IMG/VR virus record: IMGVR_UViG_3300017909_004140
Span: 32,001 to 96,000 of that record
DNA from: a virus
Taxonomy: Duplodnaviria > Caudoviricetes
Reading direction: 5' to 3' (one strand)
DNA: 64,000 bases
Shown: one piece after another, positions 9,132-19,494 of the stretch
Position numbering within the stretch: position 1 is the first letter of the stretch
How the letters are laid out: each line of letters opens with the position of its first letter
Notes under the pieces: model-generated
Told to the model about the DNA's origin: nothing
The model's input: only the letters and a program-made list of their open reading frames with translations
The model's database searches: none
Translations under genes and position numbers: made by a program

Positions 9132-10102
9132 AATAGTTCCTTCACTATATTTGCTTTTTTAATTATTTCTTCTTCTGTTTCTTCGGGAGACACATTGAGA
9201 TAAAACACATTTTCACTCATTTTTTTAGCAGTAGGACTAACGTTTTGACACTCAAATAAAGGTTGCATAGACATTGGCTTAAAAGAATGCCTAGCTGTTA
9301 CTCCTTTTTCGTTTAAGACCCCTACTAGTTCATTAGCTTTAGGGTGTTTGATATCATATACCCAAACTACTTTTCTATTATTAGGCATATGATATTTTTC
9401 TGGGATGATACTATTGTATATCTGAGAAATTCTATGTCTTCTTAATAAATTATCTTTTGCATTTTTCAAAGATTCAAGAGCTAGGTTAGCTTGTGAGTCT
9501 GTGCATCTATAATTAAATCCTATTTGTTCGTGATAATAGTTATGTTTGTTACCGAAACTCATTGACTTCATATCTTGGACTGTATCAATAAAATCTTTGT
9601 CATCAGAGGTTATTACTCCTCCCTCTTCCGCATGAATAATTTTATTTCTATACAAAGAAAAACAACCAATATCAAAAGAGCCGATCTGCTTATTTAATAT
9701 ACTTGCTCCTTGTGCTTCGCAAGCGTCTTCAATAACTCTTAATTTGTATTTCTCAGCAATATTCATAACCTTATCCATGTCTACAACTCTTCCATAAACA
9801 TGAGTTATCATCAATACTTTAGTGTTTTCATCTATAGCTTGTTCTAGTTTATTTAAATCAATTAATAAATTATTATCACAATCAATAAACTTAGGTGTTA
9901 GTCTTGCATAGTATACAGCTAATCCGCTAGCATACATAGTAAATTCAGGCACAATAATATTACTATTTTTGGGTAATTTAAGTGCTTCTATTGATACATG
10001 AAGGGCTGCCGTACCTGTATTAACTGCACAAGCATATTTAGTACCTACGAAATTAGCATATTCTTTTTCTAGTTTTTGATATGGAAACATTACCAGTCCC
10101 AC
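9128..10102 (-). CDS. DegT/DnrJ PLP sugar aminotransferase (perosamine-synthase-like)
   Basis: NTGTAALH, IEDACEAQG, FSLYRNKII..EGG with the catalytic Lys retained, GFNYR. Confidence 0.88.
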   Translation of the reverse strand: MGLVMFPYQKLEKEYANFVGTKYACAVNTGTAALHVSIEALKLPKNSNIIVPEFTMYASGLAVYYARLTPKFIDCDNNLLIDLNKLEQAIDENTKVLMITHVYGRVVDMDKVMNIAEKYKLRVIEDACEAQGASILNKQIGSFDIGCFSLYRNKIIHAEEGGVITSDDKDFIDTVQDMKSMSFGNKHNYYHEQIGFNYRCTDSQANLALESLKNAKDNLLRRHRISQIYNSIIPEKYHMPNNRKVVWVYDIKHPKANELVGVLNEKGVTARHSFKPMSMQPLFECQNVSPTAKKMSENVFYLNVSPEETEEEIIKKANIVKELL

Positions 10103-11043
10103 TGTTCTCCATTTATTTTAAAGTACTCAATAGTTCTACGAAGAGCCTCTTCTAAATCTACTTCTGGTCTTGTAGAGATTGACTTATATAATTTACTATT
10201 ATCTGACTGTAGATGCCATATCTCCCAAGGTCTAATTCTATCTGGATCTTCTTCAATTGTGATAGAATTATGTCCCATAAGGTTACCAATTAAGTGTGCA
10301 AGATCATAGATTTTGATACCGTCTTCACTGCCCATATTATATACTTCTCCAAAGTCTCCGTTTTCTAATAGATCTACTGCCATACGAACAGCATCTCCTG
10401 CATATTGAAAATCTCTAAAAGAATTATTACCTAGCTTTACGGTATTGCTTTTTGATAATTGAGAAATAATTTCTGGAATAACATAAGCATGAGTCTCTCT
10501 TTCTCCTACACAGTTAAACTGTCTCATAGCAATGGCAGGTATTTTTGATTCTCTCCATCTTACCTGGACTAATCCATCTGCTGCTAGCTTAGAAACTCCA
10601 TAAGTAGAGTGAGGCTCTACAGGATCATCTTCTGTTATCTTACCAGTTAAATCTCCATATATCTCAGCAGAAGATACTTGTAGCAGTCCTTTTATTTTAG
10701 CCTGTTCACAAGCTACTAACACTCTTAATACGGCTGTTGCGTTGATATCAAAGAAGTGCATGGGTCTATCAAAACACTCTGGAATATAAGGCTCTGCTGC
10801 ATAGTTAAACACATACTTGATATCATTTTCTACCAATATGTCAGCTAGTTCTGTAGCATCATCTCTAATATCATGCCACATAAACTCCGCTTCTTCATGA
10901 ATATGTTTTTTAGATCCTGAAATTAAGTTATCAAGTACTAATACTTTACAATCTCTTTCATCAATTAAATAGTCTACCAAGTGTGAGCCTAAAAATCCCG
11001 CACCTCCAATAACACATACATTTGTGTTTCTGATATTTCTCAT
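10090..11043 (-). CDS. NAD-dependent nucleotide-sugar epimerase/dehydratase
   Basis: GGAGFLGS, SSAEIYG, YGVSK. Confidence 0.92.
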   Translation of the reverse strand: MRNIRNTNVCVIGGAGFLGSHLVDYLIDERDCKVLVLDNLISGSKKHIHEEAEFMWHDIRDDATELADILVENDIKYVFNYAAEPYIPECFDRPMHFFDINATAVLRVLVACEQAKIKGLLQVSSAEIYGDLTGKITEDDPVEPHSTYGVSKLAADGLVQVRWRESKIPAIAMRQFNCVGERETHAYVIPEIISQLSKSNTVKLGNNSFRDFQYAGDAVRMAVDLLENGDFGEVYNMGSEDGIKIYDLAHLIGNLMGHNSITIEEDPDRIRPWEIWHLQSDNSKLYKSISTRPEVDLEEALRRTIEYFKINGEQWDW

Positions 11044-11465
11044 TGTTTCCTCCTAGCAGGATTTCCATAATAAGTACCTGATTCAGTTATATCTCTAGTA
11101 ACTACTGCTCCTGCTCCTATAACTACATTGTCGCAAATACTAACAGGTAAAATAGTAGCGTTGCTTCCAATTAATACATTATTTCCAATATTAGTTGATA
11201 ATAGCCCTTCAGGATTTAGCTTTAAATTTGTAAATTTATCGTTTGTAAACATAACTCCGTGCCCAATAAAGCAGTCTTCTCCTATATTTACATGACTACA
11301 AATAAAAGAGTGACTTTGTACTCTTGTTCTTTTACCTACATAAACTTTTGCTTGTATTTCTACAAAAGGGCCTACAAATACATCATCGTCTAAATGACAG
11401 CCATAAATATTAACTTCGTCAAATATATTTACATTTTTACCGAGAACAACATTATCTTCAACCAT
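11040..11465 (-). CDS. Hexapeptide-repeat sugar N-acetyltransferase
   Basis: Left-handed beta-helix repeats, FIGHGVMFTND, IGAGAVVTRD...GNPAR. Confidence 0.9.
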   Translation of the reverse strand: MVEDNVVLGKNVNIFDEVNIYGCHLDDDVFVGPFVEIQAKVYVGKRTRVQSHSFICSHVNIGEDCFIGHGVMFTNDKFTNLKLNPEGLLSTNIGNNVLIGSNATILPVSICDNVVIGAGAVVTRDITESGTYYGNPARRKQ

Positions 11466-12321
11466 TTTTTAAAGCTTTTAGTCTTTCTATCATTTTATCC
11501 ATCATAATACCGATATCTAAGTGATCAAACGCTTTCCTAGTATCATTTAAGTCTAAAACTGGAGTATTATCCCAAGTTTCTTTTAAAACTCTTTTGAAAT
11601 CTTCATAGTCATCATATTTAAAATAGATTCCTCTATCTCCTAAGTAATCTTTAGCACCCATATAAGGAGAATCACTAACTATACAAGGCTTGCCGTGATA
11701 ATATCCTTCTAGTAAGGTTAAGCCTCCTGTTGATGCCTCATAGTACTCGCATACCGTAAAAGCACACTCTAGTAATACTTTTTGAAACTCTCTTTCTCCA
11801 AAAGTATGAACTGTTTCAACATAAGGAATATCTAATTCTTGACAAGCTCTTTTAGTCCACCCATAATTTGGATCATTATAGTATTGTCTGAGCGGATTAT
11901 AAACATACCTTTTATCTATTATTTGATCATCGTTTGCGTCAAATTTTCTAAACCATGTTAAAATAATTTTACACTTATCTCCGATACCGAAGTACTCTTC
12001 CATACGTTTAACAACTTCTTCAGAAGGACACCATAGTTCTACGCATTTTTCTAAATATTCTCCGTATCCTTTCCAATCATAAACTCCTCTTTTATCTTCC
12101 CATGCCCATTTATAAAAGTCCCATGTATAGTTTATCATCGGAATATTAGGAAATTTTTTGTGTGCTGCTTTCCACCATTCTAATCTGGCTTGCCCTGTGC
12201 ACACGATAAAATCACAATCTTCACTAACTTCATTTAAGAGTACTTCTACTCCTTTTTCTCTTAATACAGGAATCCACGGTTCAACATTTTGTGATGGAGG
12301 AGTAATTAAACAAATTTTCAT
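11458..12321 (-). CDS. Putative GT-B glycosyltransferase
   Basis: EASTGGLTLLEGYYHGKPCIVSD resembles the GT4 E-x7-E motif. Confidence 0.7.
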   Translation of the reverse strand: MKICLITPPSQNVEPWIPVLREKGVEVLLNEVSEDCDFIVCTGQARLEWWKAAHKKFPNIPMINYTWDFYKWAWEDKRGVYDWKGYGEYLEKCVELWCPSEEVVKRMEEYFGIGDKCKIILTWFRKFDANDDQIIDKRYVYNPLRQYYNDPNYGWTKRACQELDIPYVETVHTFGEREFQKVLLECAFTVCEYYEASTGGLTLLEGYYHGKPCIVSDSPYMGAKDYLGDRGIYFKYDDYEDFKRVLKETWDNTPVLDLNDTRKAFDHLDIGIMMDKMIERLKALKNG

Positions 12322-13352
12322 CTTACAAACCAGCCTTTCTTCGCTCTATCATAATCTTCTTTTGCCATCGAAATTACCAATTCTTCAAATGACATTTTTG
12401 GTTTCCAGTTAAGTAATTCAGTTGCTTTAGAGTAGTCTCCAAGTAAGGTATCTACTTCTGCCGGTCTAAAATGTATAGGATTTACTTTTGCTATTACTTT
12501 ATTGGTTACTTCATTAACTGCGATTTTTCCCAAACCTTCTCCCTGAATACTAATTTTCATATCTAGAAACTCAGCAGTTTTTAGTAAGAACTCTTCAACA
12601 GAGTGTTCAATACCTGTAGCAACTACATAGTCTTCCGCTTTATCGTGTTGCAACATTAAATGCATTGCTTCAACAAAATCTCCTGCAAAGCCCCAGTCTC
12701 TTTTAGCTTCAAAATTACCTAATTCTAATACTAAGTCTTCTCCTGTTGCCATTCTAGCTAAATGAGTAGAAATTTTTCTGGTAACAAACTCTTCTCCTCT
12801 TAAAGGAGACTCGTGATTAAATAATATACCACAAGAACCAAATATATCATAAGATTCTCTGTAATTTATAGTGATGTTGTGAGCAAATACTTTAGCACAA
12901 GCGTAGGGACTTCTAGGATAAAACTTAGTCGTTTCTTTCTGTACTTTTTCTTGTATTAGTCCAAACATTTCAGAAGAAGATGCTTGATAAAATTTAATTT
13001 TAGGGTTAATAATTCGTATTGCTTCAAGTATTTTTAACGTAGAAAGTGCTGTTACTTCAGATGTATATATTGGCTGATCAAAACTAGCCCTTACAAAGCT
13101 CTGCGCTCCTAAATTATATATCTCATCTGGTTCGATGGAAGAAATAGTTTTTATTATATTGCTTTGTTCTAATAATTCTAAAGATACTAAATTAATTTCT
13201 TTATCTATCTCTAACTCTTTTAATCTCCATATGTTTCCTGTACTTGATCTACGAACAGCCCCATAAACATCATATCCTTTTTCTAATAAAAGTTTTGCTA
13301 AATACGCACCGTCTTGTCCAGTAATACCAGTAACTAAAGCTTTTTTAGTCAT
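12318..13352 (-). CDS. gmd: GDP-mannose 4,6-dehydratase
   Basis: TGITGQDGAYLA, YQASSSEMFG, PRSPYACAK, LFNHESPLRGEEFVTRKI, RPAEVDTLLGD. Confidence 0.96.
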   Translation of the reverse strand: MTKKALVTGITGQDGAYLAKLLLEKGYDVYGAVRRSSTGNIWRLKELEIDKEINLVSLELLEQSNIIKTISSIEPDEIYNLGAQSFVRASFDQPIYTSEVTALSTLKILEAIRIINPKIKFYQASSSEMFGLIQEKVQKETTKFYPRSPYACAKVFAHNITINYRESYDIFGSCGILFNHESPLRGEEFVTRKISTHLARMATGEDLVLELGNFEAKRDWGFAGDFVEAMHLMLQHDKAEDYVVATGIEHSVEEFLLKTAEFLDMKISIQGEGLGKIAVNEVTNKVIAKVNPIHFRPAEVDTLLGDYSKATELLNWKPKMSFEELVISMAKEDYDRAKKGWFVR

Positions 13353-14539
13353 ATATGTGTCTCCATCATTCTAAAAAAGTAGTCAATTTGTTCATACATC
13401 TTACTAGGATTATTACCGATAAAGAATCCTTGAGTATCAAGAATATCAGACCCTTCATAACCTTTAATATTTTGCTTTGTATTCAGCCTTCTAATAACAG
13501 GGTTGTTCATAAAATTACCTGCTACAATTGGCCTGCACTCAATACCGTTTTCTATTAATTTATCTACTATTTTATCTCTATTTAGACCTGATCTTAATAC
13601 TATACCAAAACCAAACCAACTACTGTATGTTGTGTTTTTAAATCCATCTTCTTCTTCTCTTTGCAAATAAAAATCAGGGTTACCACTAACTCCTAATCTT
13701 TCTTTAAAGTAAGCTGCATTTTCTCTTCTGGCAAGAGTCATATCTTCCATTTTTCTAAGCTGCGCTTGCCCTATGGCTCCACTCATTTCTAAGGGTCTAA
13801 CGCTATAACCAGGTAGTGCAAAACGAAAACTATCTTTGAAAGGATTTCCAATTTTATTACACACTGTGTTTTCTTTTGGAAGCTCTCTCATCCAACCGTG
13901 TGCTCTTAAACTTTTACAATATTCTGCTAATTTTAAATCATCTGTTAGGATCATTCCTCCTTCCATCGTTTGCATATGATGACTAAAGAAAAAAGAATAA
14001 GTACCCATTAGACCAATACTGCCTAAGTATCTTCCTTTATATTTTGCTCCTAAGCTTTCACAGTTGTCTTCTATTAAAATTAAATTATGTCTATGGCACA
14101 GCTCTATTAATTGAGCATATTCACAAGAATTGCCTAATAGATTAACAGCAAAAATAGCTTTTGTTTTTTCTGATATATTTTCTTCAATATCATTAACGTC
14201 TATATTAAAAGTGTGCGGGTTGACATCTACAAATTTCATTGTTAACCCGTATTGATGAACCGGAAAAAAAGTAGTACTCCAACTAACAGCAGGTACAATG
14301 ACTTCGTCTCCAGGATTTAAATCAATATCCTCATTAAGAACTAAACTAGCAATCATCAACAAGTTTGCAGAACTGCCACTATTTACCATAACTGCATGTT
14401 TTTTACCCATACTAGTTGCAAACTGCTTTTCAAATTTTTCTACTTCTGGTCCCATAGTGAACCTATTACTATTTATTACTTTTTGGATCATACCTAACTC
14501 TTCATGATCCCACGTTTCACATGCTAGTGGATATCTCAT
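13349..14539 (-). CDS. colD: GDP-4-keto-6-deoxymannose 3-dehydratase (ColD-like)
   Basis: YPLACETW N-terminus, NSGSSANL, EDNCESLGA, SFFFSHHMQTMEGG (His in place of the aminotransferase Lys), LRAHGW. Confidence 0.85.
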   Translation of the reverse strand: MRYPLACETWDHEELGMIQKVINSNRFTMGPEVEKFEKQFATSMGKKHAVMVNSGSSANLLMIASLVLNEDIDLNPGDEVIVPAVSWSTTFFPVHQYGLTMKFVDVNPHTFNIDVNDIEENISEKTKAIFAVNLLGNSCEYAQLIELCHRHNLILIEDNCESLGAKYKGRYLGSIGLMGTYSFFFSHHMQTMEGGMILTDDLKLAEYCKSLRAHGWMRELPKENTVCNKIGNPFKDSFRFALPGYSVRPLEMSGAIGQAQLRKMEDMTLARRENAAYFKERLGVSGNPDFYLQREEEDGFKNTTYSSWFGFGIVLRSGLNRDKIVDKLIENGIECRPIVAGNFMNNPVIRRLNTKQNIKGYEGSDILDTQGFFIGNNPSKMYEQIDYFFRMMETHI

Positions 14540-15452
14540 TAACTTTCTCTTTCACTTCTGAATATGTTATACGGTTTATATTTATTGGGTTGAAAATGTA
14601 TGTTCCTTTTTTATTTGGAGGTATAAATGCTGTGGCGTTTTTGTTATGATTAGCTTGCCAATAAGAAGCCAGCACTATAGTTGGGTGTTCATAAGCAGAC
14701 ATGATCCACATAGAACCACTGTCTGTCCCTATACTAATATCACAAGCTAAGGCTGCCTTTATTTGAGTAAAAAACTCATAACTAGTTAAGTTGTGGTAAT
14801 TATCACTTTCCGATAAGACAGGTTCTCCCACCCATCCAAAATGGTATATAGTATATCCATCAGAAATTAAGCTAGCAACGGCAGAAACCCACCAATCTTT
14901 ACTAGGAGACCTTCCATTATTGCTTCCATAACCAGCGAAAGGCCAAATGGCTAATGACTTATCTGCAATGGTTACAAAGCTTTCTCTCTTTCTAGAATAC
15001 CCATGCTGCGCATAGTTATCTGGTAAAGAAGGAGTAAACCATTTGTACAACTTAGGAATTTGTTCGTCTTCTGTTAATACTTCTGTTAAATCTTCTATTT
15101 GATTTGCTTTTGCTGTATTTTCTATACAGCCCCAATAATTATACCAATCAGATACTTTATGGTTTTGTTTTAATACAATTTTATTTTCGTGATCTAGTCT
15201 CATAGTAGAAAAATCACAAGAAGCAGCAATTTTATAATCTTCTTTGTCAAATCCGTCCCATGCAGTAATTTTTATTCTGTCAATAAGAGGATGATTGAAA
15301 AATAAAGGAGCTGATTGTGAACATCTTTCTACTATACCAAAATATTTGTAACTACCTGGATATTTTTTTTCAAAATAAGTAAGTTGTGGTAAGGACATAA
15401 CTAAATCTCCTATAATACCAAAACTTGTTCCCCAAATTTTATACATTATCAA
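14517..15452 (-). CDS. GT9-like (heptosyltransferase-fold) glycosyltransferase
   Basis: GIIGDLVMSLP...HPLID...IGTDSGSMWI. Confidence 0.75.
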   Translation of the reverse strand: MIMYKIWGTSFGIIGDLVMSLPQLTYFEKKYPGSYKYFGIVERCSQSAPLFFNHPLIDRIKITAWDGFDKEDYKIAASCDFSTMRLDHENKIVLKQNHKVSDWYNYWGCIENTAKANQIEDLTEVLTEDEQIPKLYKWFTPSLPDNYAQHGYSRKRESFVTIADKSLAIWPFAGYGSNNGRSPSKDWWVSAVASLISDGYTIYHFGWVGEPVLSESDNYHNLTSYEFFTQIKAALACDISIGTDSGSMWIMSAYEHPTIVLASYWQANHNKNATAFIPPNKKGTYIFNPININRITYSEVKEKVNEISTSM

Positions 15453-16257
15453 TATAATCCAGAATATTTTTCCAAGAAATATTTACGTGATTTTCTAATT
15501 CAGTTATATTTGCTTTAGTAAATTTTTGGTATTGCTTTTTTAAATTTTCAGGCATTGGTATATATTTAATCTGTACATTGTATTTTTTAGCTATCTTACG
15601 TCCTATAGCTTCAAAACTTGTAGGATTACCTGTTCCTACATTAAATATACCGTTTTCTGACTTACTCAGCATTTGTTTATGTACTTCGCAAACATCTTCT
15701 ACACAAACAAAATCTCTTTTAAAATTCTCACTATCTTCAAATAAAGTAATCTCTTTTTTATTTATCGCCTGATCAGTAAATTTGGTGTAAGGACTTGCCA
15801 TATCTTTTTTATGTTCTTCTCCTTTTTTACCGTAAACGTTAAAATATCTAAAGCCTTGTACTGTAATATCTTTACCATAATCTGTTTCACGAATGTGCCT
15901 ATCAAACAAGTATTTTGTCCACGCATAGGGAGACTGAGGATTTAAAGACTTGTTTTCTGTAAAATGATTTGTATTACCGTATACGCTAGCACTTGATGCA
16001 TATTGAAAAATTTTAACTTTTTGTGCTATTGCCTCTTTTAATAAAGACTTACTAAAATCATAGTTTTGAAGTACTATCTGATCTACGTCTGAATAAGTTG
16101 TAGAGCTTATCGCCCCAAGATGAATAACTGCGTCTATATTTTTTAGTAAAGGAAATCCGTTTGACCACTCCCAGCCCGTTACTTCATGTTCGTTTTTTAA
16201 ATACTCATAAAGATTACTACCAATAAATCCTTTGTGTCCTGTAATCAGTATTTTCAT
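15439..16257 (-). CDS. hldD: ADP-L-glycero-D-manno-heptose 6-epimerase
   Basis: TGHKGFIGSN, HLGAISSTT, YASSASVYG, GFRYFNVYG..EEHK.DMAS, RDFV, YQKFTKANI. Confidence 0.85.
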   Translation of the reverse strand: MKILITGHKGFIGSNLYEYLKNEHEVTGWEWSNGFPLLKNIDAVIHLGAISSTTYSDVDQIVLQNYDFSKSLLKEAIAQKVKIFQYASSASVYGNTNHFTENKSLNPQSPYAWTKYLFDRHIRETDYGKDITVQGFRYFNVYGKKGEEHKKDMASPYTKFTDQAINKKEITLFEDSENFKRDFVCVEDVCEVHKQMLSKSENGIFNVGTGNPTSFEAIGRKIAKKYNVQIKYIPMPENLKKQYQKFTKANITELENHVNISWKNILDYIDNV

Positions 16258-17099
16258 TTTACTGTCTCTATTATTGTTTTAGCCCAATTATCAGTAGAAT
16301 ATTTTTGAACTGTTTTTCTTCCGTGTTCAGCTATCTCATGTCTTTCTTTTGCGTTTTTCAAATAGTATGAAATTTTATCTTTACAGTCTTCTACACTATC
16401 AAACGTAATAAAATCTTTTCCTACTTCCCAATCGTTTTCCATCAATTCCCATTTTTCAGTCAAGAAAAAACTTCCACAAGCTAATACTTTATATACTCTA
16501 TCTGAGGTTCCTTCTTTATTAGTGGTAAATCCTAAATTGATTTTTGACTGATTTACTACTTTAGTATACTCATGTCCATAAGAATTATTAAAGTTTTTAA
16601 AACCTACTTGTTGAAAATAACCTCCTCGATGATCTTTTAAATATCCAACAAAGCTTGAGTCATAAATTTTTTCAAGTTTCATAGGGCGGTGTAATGTAGG
16701 GTGAAAACCTTCTTGCAAATAGTAACTGTTTGGGTTTGTTTCTTTGAAAATATTTGATAGTTTTTCATACGCGGAAAAAATATAATTGCTATGTTTTACT
16801 TTTTCCATCCACTCACTATCAGCATTCACTAGCGGGTCCATATACCAACACGCAACTTTACAATACTCTTTTGCCTTTTTTATAACATCAATATTTATTG
16901 TATTACCTTTACTGATTAATAGTAAATCAGGAGTATCACTTTTTATTATATTTATAATAGCCTCATCTCTTTGTTTTAAAGAATAAGACCCTATATCTCT
17001 CATATCAAAAGTACTAAGATCAGATACTTTATCAAGGGCTTCTGCTTGCCCTATATTAGTAGAGTTATTTGTAAACACTCCTACATATAAGATTTTCAT
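16254..17099 (-). CDS. CgeB-like GT-B glycosyltransferase
   Basis: SKINLG...SDRVYKVLACGSFFLT...KISYYL...IAEHGR. Confidence 0.8.
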   Translation of the reverse strand: MKILYVGVFTNNSTNIGQAEALDKVSDLSTFDMRDIGSYSLKQRDEAIINIIKSDTPDLLLISKGNTINIDVIKKAKEYCKVACWYMDPLVNADSEWMEKVKHSNYIFSAYEKLSNIFKETNPNSYYLQEGFHPTLHRPMKLEKIYDSSFVGYLKDHRGGYFQQVGFKNFNNSYGHEYTKVVNQSKINLGFTTNKEGTSDRVYKVLACGSFFLTEKWELMENDWEVGKDFITFDSVEDCKDKISYYLKNAKERHEIAEHGRKTVQKYSTDNWAKTIIETVK

Positions 17100-18013
17100 T
17101 TCAGAAAACTCTTTACTCTTTCTATAACGTAGTCAGTATCAGGATTCCAACCTCCTTCATGAATAACTTCTCTTTTACTATTAAAAGGATTCCAATCTGT
17201 GGCGTATCTATGAATATTTTGTGGTATAGTCATTACTACCATATCTGTATCACATAGAGAAGCTAAATGTGCTGGACCACTACAAGTAGTTACTAAAAAC
17301 TTGCATTTATTTAGATACGAAACCGTATCTTCTATTGATATGCCTCGTAAGTCATCACAGTAGTTTGGTACTACAGATTCGTGTTTTGTACCGATAGCTC
17401 CTAGTTTGTAACCTTCTTTATGAAGAAACGAACAAAGCTTATCCCAAGACTGCCCAGGCCAGTTTTTATTACTAGTTCCGTGATGAAAAGCTTTTCTTGC
17501 GTGAATCAGTGCTTTATAGGGAGACTTTTTTATTGTTTTGCTTTTATATTTGTGAAATAGTTGAGAGCTAAGAAATTTTGGTAGTCTTTCTTCTCTGCCT
17601 GGTCCATCAGCATGATAGTCAACTAAAAAAGTATGAGATGGTATATATAAACAGTTATCTTCTGTTAACCCTAACTTTTCCATAACGTTATTTTTTATAT
17701 CCTTCGGCTGAATATCGGAATGCGGAGTAGGCCAGTCTTGACAAAGTGCTCCGGTAATATTCTCTCCTGGACAGTTGAATTCAATATATGAATCGCAGAA
17801 ATCCTCGTAGATAAAACTTCTTCCCGTTCTGCTAATTATGTTAAATGTTTTTAGGTGTGGGTTATCTCTTCTCATTTTTCTCAAATAACCCTGACAGCCG
17901 AATAACTCCCAACCGAATTCTCCTACCCAAGGACCAAATAATACGTGCTCTACATTTTTGACTTTTTCACTCATTTCATTATGATTTAAATGCATATTAA
18001 CCCTCGATATCAA
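17096..18013 (-). CDS. GT9-like glycosyltransferase
   Basis: GEFGWEL, KNWP..W, DLRG, SGPAHLASLC. Confidence 0.75.
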   Translation of the reverse strand: MISRVNMHLNHNEMSEKVKNVEHVLFGPWVGEFGWELFGCQGYLRKMRRDNPHLKTFNIISRTGRSFIYEDFCDSYIEFNCPGENITGALCQDWPTPHSDIQPKDIKNNVMEKLGLTEDNCLYIPSHTFLVDYHADGPGREERLPKFLSSQLFHKYKSKTIKKSPYKALIHARKAFHHGTSNKNWPGQSWDKLCSFLHKEGYKLGAIGTKHESVVPNYCDDLRGISIEDTVSYLNKCKFLVTTCSGPAHLASLCDTDMVVMTIPQNIHRYATDWNPFNSKREVIHEGGWNPDTDYVIERVKSFLK

Positions 18014-18701
18014 TACTGTTCCATAAATTATCCCAATTTACTACAGGACTCATATGAAATGGTGTTAGATGTGTAGAACAACCAGGTACAGGAGATATAC
18101 AAGGGTGTGTTTGGAACATTTCTTTTGTTGGGTTATGTGGAGCAGTTTCATTTATAAGATCCCAACACTCTAACCAAGTTTTTGTTTTACCAGCAAAAGT
18201 ATATGTTGTTGAGGGATTGGTTCTCCAGTGTCTGTCTGTATCTACCATTAAAAAACAAGGAGTCTTATCTTTGGTATACCTATCAGGGTAATCCATTGTA
18301 GTAACCCAGTTATTCCATTTTGTAAAAATTAGTTTCATAGCAGAGATTGCGTCTGGAGTATGTAGGTAATCATCTTCAACTACGTAATGAACCTCTTCTG
18401 GATCGCTCATATCTAACTGTGTTTTTAAAAATTCTAACATTTTAAAGGTGTGAAGCCTGTCGTGAATATCGTGTTTAGGAATTTCTAAAAAAGTTGTGTT
18501 CTCATAAGAATTTTTTTCTATAAAATCCATTGTTTCTTGTGTTACATCATCATGCAATATGAAAACTTCATCAGACTCTTCAATTCCATCATAAATAGAT
18601 TTCCAACATTTGCGAACAGTTTTCCACTTAGGAATTTCATCCCACCTAGGAACTCCACTAACACTTTCTTGTTTTTCACAGCATCGAAAGTAAATTTTCA
18701 T
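17997..18701 (-). CDS. Putative GT-A glycosyltransferase
   Basis: YVVEDDYLH, DYPDRY, STTYTF; operon context. Confidence 0.65.
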   Translation of the reverse strand: MKIYFRCCEKQESVSGVPRWDEIPKWKTVRKCWKSIYDGIEESDEVFILHDDVTQETMDFIEKNSYENTTFLEIPKHDIHDRLHTFKMLEFLKTQLDMSDPEEVHYVVEDDYLHTPDAISAMKLIFTKWNNWVTTMDYPDRYTKDKTPCFLMVDTDRHWRTNPSTTYTFAGKTKTWLECWDLINETAPHNPTKEMFQTHPCISPVPGCSTHLTPFHMSPVVNWDNLWNSIDIEG

Positions 18702-19446
18702 CTATAACTACTCCTAACCCACAACTACCATAAAAACCAAGATGTTTGTAGTTGTCTTCTTTATATTCATCTTCAAAAGCTTTTCTCTCCCAAAATTGTT
18801 TTATCCATTCTGGTCTAGAAATAAATTTTAACTCCTCTTCTTCTGCATTTACAGAGAAAGACCATTCATGATATACAATTGTCGCTTTTGGGTATTTTTT
18901 CTTAATTTCTTTTGCGATAGCATAACAAAATATCTGTCTATGATCTGCATCAACAAATATTAAATCATACTCATCTTCTGAGTCTTTTATAAACTCTATT
19001 GCGTCCCCTTTGTAAAAAGAGATATTTTCATTTTCTAGGTATTCTTTGTACTTATCACACATTCTATGAGGTACTTTAACATCTACCCCGTCAAACTGGG
19101 AATCTTCCGGTAAAGCTTCTCTAATTAGGCTTCCGCTGATTCCTTGAGCTACTCCTATCTCTAGTACTTTTTGTGGTTTAAGTTTTTTAAGTAGTGTATA
19201 AAAAACTCTGGCCTCGTTGTAATCAAGAGTGCCAGAGCCTGCCCATTCTCCTCCATAGTCTGCGTGTGCTTCTATAGATTGCTTTAAAAACCAACTATCC
19301 CACATTTCATTAAAATTTTCTGTCTCTTCTTCCCATGAAGAGAAACAGTTATTTAATTGAGAAATAAAGGTAAGGCTAGTTTCGGAATAACTTTTTGTAT
19401 CTTTTTGTTTAATCATTTTTCTTCCTTTAAATAGTATTATACACAA
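18676..19446 (-). CDS. Class I SAM-dependent methyltransferase
   Basis: VLEIGVAQGIS, GDAIEFI, YDLIFVDADH. Confidence 0.85.
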   Translation of the reverse strand: MCIILFKGRKMIKQKDTKSYSETSLTFISQLNNCFSSWEEETENFNEMWDSWFLKQSIEAHADYGGEWAGSGTLDYNEARVFYTLLKKLKPQKVLEIGVAQGISGSLIREALPEDSQFDGVDVKVPHRMCDKYKEYLENENISFYKGDAIEFIKDSEDEYDLIFVDADHRQIFCYAIAKEIKKKYPKATIVYHEWSFSVNAEEEELKFISRPEWIKQFWERKAFEDEYKEDNYKHLGFYGSCGLGVVIDENLLSML

Positions 19447-19494
19447 ATTGTAAAAATTTTCAAGTTACTAGATTGGTGGGTAAACTGTGAAATT

